62,636 bases of DNA, taken from assembly GCF_000002075.1 (NCBI RefSeq), contig NW_004798308.1, forward strand, positions 57,163 through 119,798, written 5' to 3'. This stretch comes from Aplysia californica. Its lineage: Eukaryota. The notes below the pieces were generated by a model. That model made no database searches. It saw only the letters and a list, made by a program, of their open reading frames with translations, and had not been told where the DNA came from. Of the stretch, positions 58,169 to 62,636 are shown in pieces. A program made the translations under genes and the position numbers. The first letter of the stretch is position 1; each line of letters starts with the position of its first letter.

Positions 58169-61100
58169 TTAATTGAGGATGGGGCTGAGGGCGTGTCCCT
58201 TTTTCGGGTGCCATGTTAGTGATTTGATTTTATTCGTGTATCAGACAATCATTGATATCGAAAATGTGAATGAGTAGGTGCCATAATACTTCGGGGCATT
58301 AGAATGACATAGGAATGGATCAGTAAGAAAATATTATTATAAATAACAATGACTGGGTCTATTTATTAATCTTTGATTATTCTAATGTATTAGTGTGTTT
58401 TATCTAACTTTTGTAGCTATTAATTCTANNNNNNNNNNNNNNNNNNNNNNNNNNNNNNNNNNNNNNNNNNNNNNNNNNNNNNNNNNNNNNNNNNNNNNNN
58501 NNNNNNNNNNNNNNNNNNNNNNNNNNNNNNNNNNNNNNNNNNNNNNNNNNNNNNNNNNNNNNNNNNNNNNNNNNNNNNNNNNNNNNNNNNNNNNNNNNNN
58601 NNNNNNNNNNNNNNNNNNNNNNNNNNNNNNNNNNNNNNNNNNNNNNNNNNNNNNNNNNNNNNNNNNNNNNNNNNNNNNNNNNNNNNNNNNNNNNNNNNNN
58701 NNNNNNNNNNNNNNNNNNNNNNNNNNNNNNNNNNNNNNNNNNNNNNNNNNNNNNNNNNNNNNNNNNNNNNNNNNNNNNNNNNNNNNNNNNNNNNNNNNNN
58801 NNNNNNNNNNNNNNNNNNNNNNNNNNNNNNNNNNNNNNNNNNNNNNNNNNNNNNNNNNNNNNNNNNNNNNNNNNNNNNNNNNNNNNNNNNNNNNNNNNNN
58901 NNNNNNNNNNNNNNNNNNNNNNNNNNNNNNNNNNNNNNNNNNNNNNNNNNNNNNNNNNNNNNNNNNNNNNNNNNNNNNNNNNNNNNNNNNNNNNNNNNNN
59001 NNNNNNNNNNNNNNNNNNNNNNNNNNNNNNNNNNNNNNNNNNNNNNNNNNNNNNNNNNNNNNNNNNNNNNNNNNNNNNNNNNNNNNNNNNNNNNNNNNNN
59101 NNNNNNNNNNNNNNNNNNNNNNNNNNNNNNNNNNNNNNNNNNNNNNNNNNNNNNNNNNNNNNNNNNNNNNNNNNNNNNNNNNNNNNNNNNNNNNNNNNNN
59201 NNNNNNNNNNNNNNNNNNNNNNNNNNNNNNNNNNNNNNNNNNNNNNNNNNNNNNNNNNNNNNNNNNNNNNNNNNNNNNNNNNNNNNNNNNNNNNNNGTAG
59301 AGCAGATAGAATAATATATATTTGGTTTCTGACCTAATATTGTGGTCTTAAACTAGGTAAAACTCAAAAGTAGTCAAAAATGTTAAATAGAACTTTGTAA
59401 TTGTGGTTTATAGCGACCACGAGCTGCTGCCGTCAGCCATTACACGACGAATAGGTCTCGTGCACGATCCTTACCATTGTGGTTTCACGATCACTTCTTG
59501 CCGAGACACGCCATATGAGAGGGCTGTGGCCAAAGAGGTTATATAATACTATAGAGCTCGCAGCAGTGACGTCACACGTGTCAGACATGGGGGCTTTCTT
59601 ACCCTCATCAGCATAGCCGGCGTGTCCCCATATCTATACATAAACAATCTGAGCCCCCACCCCGCTCTCCACGAGCTCTAGTATTTTAAAGACCACCCTG
59701 CAATCATATCAAAATTCAGTGCAAGCTTGTACATTTCCTCCGTAAACCGCCGAGACGCCTCCACGTGAGTCTCGAAAAATACTCACCCGTCAGATGTACT
59801 GCGCATGTCTTACCCTTGAGGTTCAGAGTCCCAGAGTGGGCACACGCAGCCCCCGTTCGTTTACGTGGGGGACATCACTGCCACGAACTCTAGCACTATA
59901 TAACCTTTTTGGTCTCATGCATGATCCCAACGACTGTGGTTTCACCGAAGATTCTCTACTACACGATCCCAGCGACTGTAGTTTCACCAAAGATTCTCTA
60001 CTACACGATCTTGGTTTCACGAACACTCAAGACACTCCAGAGGGCGTGGCCTATCTTTTAACCCTTTGGTATCCGGCAGTGCTACAATATGACTTTCCAA
60101 AACATGTGGGTAGTTGGTGGTTGCTCTGGCGTGGTCTGCTCTCTCTTTCCTATCAAACATCTATACCGTCCATTCCTCTTCTCTTTCCGTTCATTCTCTT
60201 CTCTTTCTGTACATTGTTTGTTACTCTCTCAAGTAGCACATCTTTAGTTTTACTAAGAGATTTACCACATTTGCAACACAAGTAAGGTCATATAAGTGCT
60301 AAAGACTAGGGGTCTCACACGAGAGTCACATGTATGGAGATAGGAGCTCCAGACAGGACAGTCTGAGGAGGGGGACAACTTAAATTTCCACACAAGAGAA
60401 ACAAGCAATAACATTTTATTCTTGAAAAAAAAAAATCACAAACAAGAATCATTTTATTAAAATTTATTCATATAAATAATATATTTGTTCATTTTATACA
60501 AGCATGCAATAGGATTACCAAAAATTTTTTTAAAGGATCAACAAAGTAAGAGGAATATTATTAATATTGTAACACTATATTGAATATAACGGTAATAAAT
60601 ACACTGCTCTGTTCAATAAAGTCATAGCAATGGCTATTGTGGGTGATTGTTCAGGCGTAATTTCTCATTGATATAATAATATATAGCTAATACGCTTACA
60701 ACTACAGTTATAGTTATAAAAATATATGTGTCGCGGTGCGGTGAGATCAGGCACTCGTCAAAATCATGAAATAGAAGAATCCTAAATTTTTCACCTCGTT
60801 GGACAATTTTACTCTAAATTCTTTTGATGCATGGCTTTTTTTAAATTGAAAAACATTGATTAAAGGCACAAAAAAATGTAAATTTACAGTTTCCAAGGAC
60901 TCTCAAGCTCTGGAAGTCTTCAAACTTTGGCGGCCAGTTTCTTTCAAATTTCATTTCTGAAACCAGGTGACCCCCAACCTCCATCAATCCGAAACTATAG
61001 ACTTCTTCTATTAAAGATAGATGGATAATTTTCTCATCAAAAGCAAGACAAATAAACAAGCTTTAAGATGATACCAATAACTCCAAATGCCCAAAAACTG

Positions 61101-61927
61101 ATGAGCGCCTGATTCCACCGCGTCATGACACATATGGGTCACAACCCGAACAGTAGGCTACGTCTTACGAGATTCTTTTGGTACACCTAAACTATGGCAA
61201 GATGGCAGTTGAATGGGACAATGGAATTGCTAGTATTTACAAACTTCTTTGAAAACTTATATTATATTGGCAGACTAAAAAGGTAAAACTTTATACCAGT
61301 TAACAAGAATAGCTAGCCATAAAAGCTAGCTATGTGTTTGAGTTGACTTTCGTAAGTGCCCTGCCATGCCTGTGGTGAGTGTGANNNNNNNNNNNNNNNN
61401 NNNNNNNNNNNNNNNNNNNNNNNNNNNNNNNNNNNNNNNNNNNNNNNNNNNNNNNNNNNNNNNNNNNNNNNNNNNNNNNNNNNNNNNNNNNNNNNNNNNN
61501 NNNNNNNNNNNNNNNNNNNNNNNNNNNNNNNNNNNNNNNNNNNNNNNNNNNNNGGTGTGAGTGTGAGTCTGTGTCTGTGTCTGTGTCTGTGCGTGTGCAA
61601 GTGAGTTTATGACCACAGCAACTGCAAGTGTAAGTACAAGTAGAAGTAATAACAACAATATTTGGTCCATGTATTAAGACATAGACGGACGGATTTTGTT
61701 CATTTTTAAGAGAAGTGCATCAACACTATAAGAATTACAATTAAGTGCTTGGAGAAAGGAAAAGAAGAAAGAGAAGAGAGAGAAAAGTATCAGAAAAAGG
61801 TTAAAGGGGCAAAAAAAGACCTACCAGGTGACTCCTCCACCCACCAGGTTATACAGATATGCAAAATCTTAGATTCATTAATACCACAAGTTGTTTTTTT
61901 CCCAACTCTGCATCATCATTTCTTAAA

Positions 61928-62167
61928 CCCTATCCGTACACCCTGGGGTCATTTTGTACTCTCGGGGTTGTATTCTTCACATTTTAGAATACTTCTAATA
62001 CAAAGATCTCTTTGAAACTTTCAGTATTTTCAAAAATTCATTTTAACAGACTGCTATGCAAAGCGTACGGATCGGATTAACGAGTAAATTTCCTCTTTGG
62101 AAAGTGGTGGCACAGAGTTCCCCACGTCGTATGGATACAATAGTAAAACAAGACGTACGGATAGGGC
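61928..62167 (-). mobile_element. piggyBac-type TTAA MITE copy
   Basis: CCCTATCCGTAC...GTACGGATAGGG. Confidence 0.8.
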
Positions 62168-62636
62168 TAAAAGATGAAAGTTCTCTTTGACTCATGTAAT
62201 AAGCAGAAAAGAGAAAGAAACATATTACTCAAAAGTTCAGATGCTCATTGAAAAGTGAGATCTTTAGGGTCCATGTCATTTCACAGATAATGACGAAAAA
62301 AATGTCATTTCCACTACCCCTTTACACTGCTTTTAAGAAAAATTCTCTAAAACGCACTTGGAAAAATTGTCACAAAAAATTTGAATTGTCCACTTATGCT
62401 ATATTTAGATTTATCCATCACCTAGTCTTTTCGCTCAAAAGCCCATGTTGAGAATAACAGAAGTCATACATGCATGCCTTTATAAATTCAAAATCAAAAC
62501 CGAAACAATCAGCAAGCAGATTAGTTCTCTGAGTAAATAAGCACAGAAAATATCTCTTCAATCCAACTCATGTTCACTTCAAACAAAAACAAAATCTTCA
62601 GGATAAAGGCGAGCACAGCAATAGTTAGTTCTTCAC

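Overview
AT-rich, intron-containing animal DNA, probably a lophotrochozoan and plausibly a mollusc (inferred, not proven), from a gapped draft assembly. I reconstructed six protein-coding genes by hand from GT-AG splice sites with consistent phases. (1) The 3' half of a carotenoid cleavage oxygenase of the BCO/NinaB/RPE65 family (+). (2) A gene with a single coding exon and 12 C2H2 zinc fingers, whose N-terminal domain resembles a Ty3/gypsy Gag capsid (-). (3) A head-to-head FAD-dependent oxidoreductase with a C-terminal membrane anchor (+). (4) MRPS22 (-), with exons 5-8 present twice across an N-gap. (5) CFAP107/C1orf158 (+), head-to-head with MRPS22. (6) An 86-aa secreted, acidic 6-Cys protein (-). 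The remainder holds MITEs (TTAA/piggyBac-type, TA/Tc1-pogo-type, hAT with an 8-bp TSD), tRNA-derived SINEs, LINE fragments (RTE, L2, I-group-like) and minisatellites. Several minisatellites are amplified copies of a stop-codon or splice-acceptor segment. The best novelty candidate is an apparently domesticated Gag-capsid/C2H2 zinc-finger fusion, analogous to vertebrate SCAN-ZNFs. All family assignments come from motif recall; no searches were run.
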